Shown here: piece by piece, positions 61,085 through 64,000 of the stretch
How positions within the stretch are numbered: position 1 is the stretch's first letter
How the letters are laid out: every line of letters starts with the position of its first letter
Assembly (NCBI RefSeq): GCF_002571385.2
Contig: NW_019217906.1
Coordinates: 134,956 to 198,955 of the forward strand
DNA from: Stylophora pistillata
Taxonomy: Eukaryota
Direction of reading: 5' to 3'
Length of the DNA stretch: 64,000 bases
The notes under the pieces: model-generated
What the model saw: only the letters and a program-made list of their open reading frames with translations
The model's database searches: none
Told to the model about the DNA's origin: nothing
Translations under genes and position numbers: made by a program

Positions 61085-64000
61085 CTGAAAATCAAGATAA
61101 ATGAACAAGGTAAGTCTACTTATGTCAGCACAAGCGATGAAGTGGCTGTTGTGTCCATAGTTATGTTGTTATATTAACCCTCGGAACTGTTGCCTCGGCG
61201 CGCGTGGTTTTCATATGAAATTCGAAATGTGGCTAAGGTATAGTTTTCTCTCCAATCCTTAAACAATTATTTGTCTTGATCGGGACCAAGAGGAACTGAC
61301 ATCGTCATCAGATACTTGTAATGATACAACTCGCCTTATAAAAGCTGTATTCGTTGATTTAAGCATTCACATTTCGGCTTTGCGTTCCTCTTAAAAGAAT
61401 AATTGACACCGTGGCATAACTTTTCATTATAGTGCGCTGCGAAATGTTTCTTTAAACTCACATCTGGCACATCTGGGAAAAATTCCTTGTTAAATACATG
61501 TGATCGTTTCGAAACTTAGGAATATTTAAGTTTACAATTAGATTTCAGGGAAGCCCTGAAGTCTTCATTAAAATGAGTATTTCTATACTTATAAAAAAAA
61601 ATTATTTTACATCTTATCTTAAGATGAAAAAGTAAACAACGATTTGTCGGAAGGGGTGCTTTTTGACTATGATAACAAAATGGGGTATCTGTACACGTCG
61701 CCAACCGCAGGGTCATCACCGGTAATTGCTGCACTTAGATCAAATCTTTCCTTGATGTTTTCAAATCCTTGATATACCTTTCGTCAAAGTAGCGAACGAT
61801 GTTTGGAAAGCAAATGAAGATTAATGGTGAGAGCATCACAGCGGTCTTTATGATTATGATGAAAATTTGACTCTCACTTTGACGAACAGATTGGAAGACA
61901 AGTTCTATTTACATTCGACCTCGTTGAGAAAACGTTTGAAGTTATCTCGTGTTTCTCATGCAGGGAAGCACGTCTGAATCAGTTTAAAATATCTCTAAAG
62001 CCGAATCTGCTTTGCGATAAAACGTACAGGCAGTTTCATTTCTTTAATTTTACTATTTGTAGAGGGAAATGTAGGCGACCCTTTAAAAAAGGATATTTTG
62101 ATACTTGAAGTTCAAGTGAGAGTGTCAAGTGCGCTTTCATCACCCCCACTGACTTACGAAAAACTCCAAATAACGCAAAAGACTTGAAATTGTATCTTGT
62201 GGACATTTCAATCGGTCCTTTCGTGGCCTGATTTTACCTCTGTGAACAAACGATGGTCAAATTAACGATATTTCACGCCGCTAAGTGATGAAAGTATGCA
62301 CTGAAAACAACACGCAATACCCCTCTCTGCGTGATAACTTCAGCTCTCTTTGTAAACGGATAGCATTGCTTAAAGCAGCAGCGGGCACTGAATAAGACGT
62401 AACGCTACTTCTGTGTATTTAAACAATAGATTTCAGTGTTAATTTAACTAATTTTGTTAATTTGGACAAGCAAACACGTATTTGTGTCAAGAGTAATAAG
62501 CAGATATTAGTGTGGACTTTTCGCTCCACTGTGCCATCTGTCTTTTATGGCATTCAAATTTGACCTCTTTAGTAACATCTTTTGAGAGAGGTATTTCACA
62601 AATCTTAATTTTATTATAAGTGCAAAGCTATAATTATACGAGCAGGTTACCGCAAAAAAATAAACCACCCACTTTCATTAGATCGGCTTTCATCCTGACT
62701 AACTTGAGGCATCCGCGTTGAATGGGACTGCGTGATCTCGATCTTGCTATTTATGCCTCACCCTTGATCAGAAATATTTATGCGTGAAGCCTACTCTCAA
62801 ACTTTTATTCACGGCCATTACAACTCTTAGCGTTATAAATGACATCAAGAGGCGGTAACTGTTTACACATTATGCGTTTACTAAGCATGCAAAATGAGCC
62901 ATGTTCTCTTGCGAGACGATCGACGATCGGCTATCATCTTGATTTAAACTCATCAAAGACTAAATATACTCTACCAGATTTAGGAAATAAGCAGTTAACA
63001 TTATCCGTCTTTGCAGACGAAACTACATCAAGTCAAAAAGATCATCGAATTGTGGTGTATTGTACTGTGCCCTTCAAAAGCTATCTGTTGTCATCATTTA
63101 CAGATCTTAATCAAAGATTAAATAAACTGCCTTTTGTCTTTTTATCGAGATTGTGATGCTCCGCAAACATTCCACTCCTTTAATTCGCTAATTAAAAAGA
63201 CACCCAGTTGAGAAACTACCGCTTTCAGGTCACGTTTTTAAAAAAAAAAATGCTGAAGCTTAGAATGAAACTAAAAAATAGATATTTCTAGTTAAATCAA
63301 GATAATAAGCAAATCAAGACTTTTCTCTAGTGAATCATAGCATTTGATAATGATAGAAAAAAAAAACAGTCATCGGAAGATCAATTGCACGATTACTTAG
63401 GATCTAAACCACGAATTTCCGGTTGAGTGAAAGTAGATGGGTGATATCAAAGTTGTAGTTACACAAAAAAGCTGTCGATATGATGTTAATTCTGGCATTA
63501 ATCTTCAAGTGTATCATCAGGAATTATTGTTTAGGGTTAAAAACAGTCGACAACTTTTGGCTGGGTGCAATAAGAAGGTTCCTTAGGCACAGGAGCCATT
63601 CAGTGAGGAAAATATTGCATTTTGTGACAATATGGCCTTTGTTTTTCTTGGAGATCGTTGTTTAGCTAGCTATCGTGTCCAAATGGCAGCGATTTCACAT
63701 ACTAAAAGGGTCGTAAAAACTATTTATTGAAAGCTGTCAGAGCTGCATTTCAATGAACGATTCAGTACAGCGTTGTGGACAGAACCTAAACAAATTAGAC
63801 AGTGTTTTCTATTGATGCATATGTATTTGATGATTCCATTTTTAAAAACCGCACACGAAAAGACGAATTTCAGGAACTTTTCCCTCATCAACTTCCTGGA
63901 GCACCACTTTGAGTTTTAAGAGGGGAGAGATGTTCTCGATTGTCTTCAGCAGGGAACAAAATTTCCTGGGTCGAAATAGGCCTACAGTGATTAAAAGGTT

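Noticed and set aside
61100-64000. P-loop (GxxxxGKS) first exon of the Ras-like gene
   Set aside because: A by-eye scan found no matching exon with a phase-1 donor; it probably lies beyond the window.

Overview
AT-rich, intron-rich animal genomic DNA with two N-gaps (1956-2495, 59958-60068). Gene content and repeat types suggest a stony coral or other anthozoan (inference). I assembled eight spliced gene models by hand from GT-AG sites with consistent phases. (1-2) Two tandem + strand paralogues with three Death domains and a TPR C-terminus. Copy B (~14870-24060) has a full STAND/NB-ARC-type NTPase. Copy A (~3416-11286) has an in-frame loss of about 240 codons covering the NTPase core but keeps an open reading frame. 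(3) Snurportin-1 (-), head-to-head with (4) a Slob/PXK-like pseudokinase that has an N-terminal TM helix instead of a PX domain and a C-terminal WH2. (5, 7) Two paralogous two-exon mucin-stalk type I membrane proteins of unknown family, which flank (6) a GAL3ST-type galactose-3-O-sulfotransferase (-). (8) A 5'-partial atypical Ras-family GTPase (-) with DTAGN and no CAAX. The first 3.3 kb are decayed DNA-transposon sequence (YqaJ, PHD, THAP, Ulp1). Introns carry many MITEs, SINE/LINE fragments, a tRNA-internal retroposon family with 12-15 bp TSDs, and three repeat families sharing a subterminal-IR plus terminal-hairpin design. The best candidate for an undescribed system is the intact / NTPase-less 3xDeath-STAND-TPR pair. 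All domain calls are by-eye motif recognition; no searches were run.
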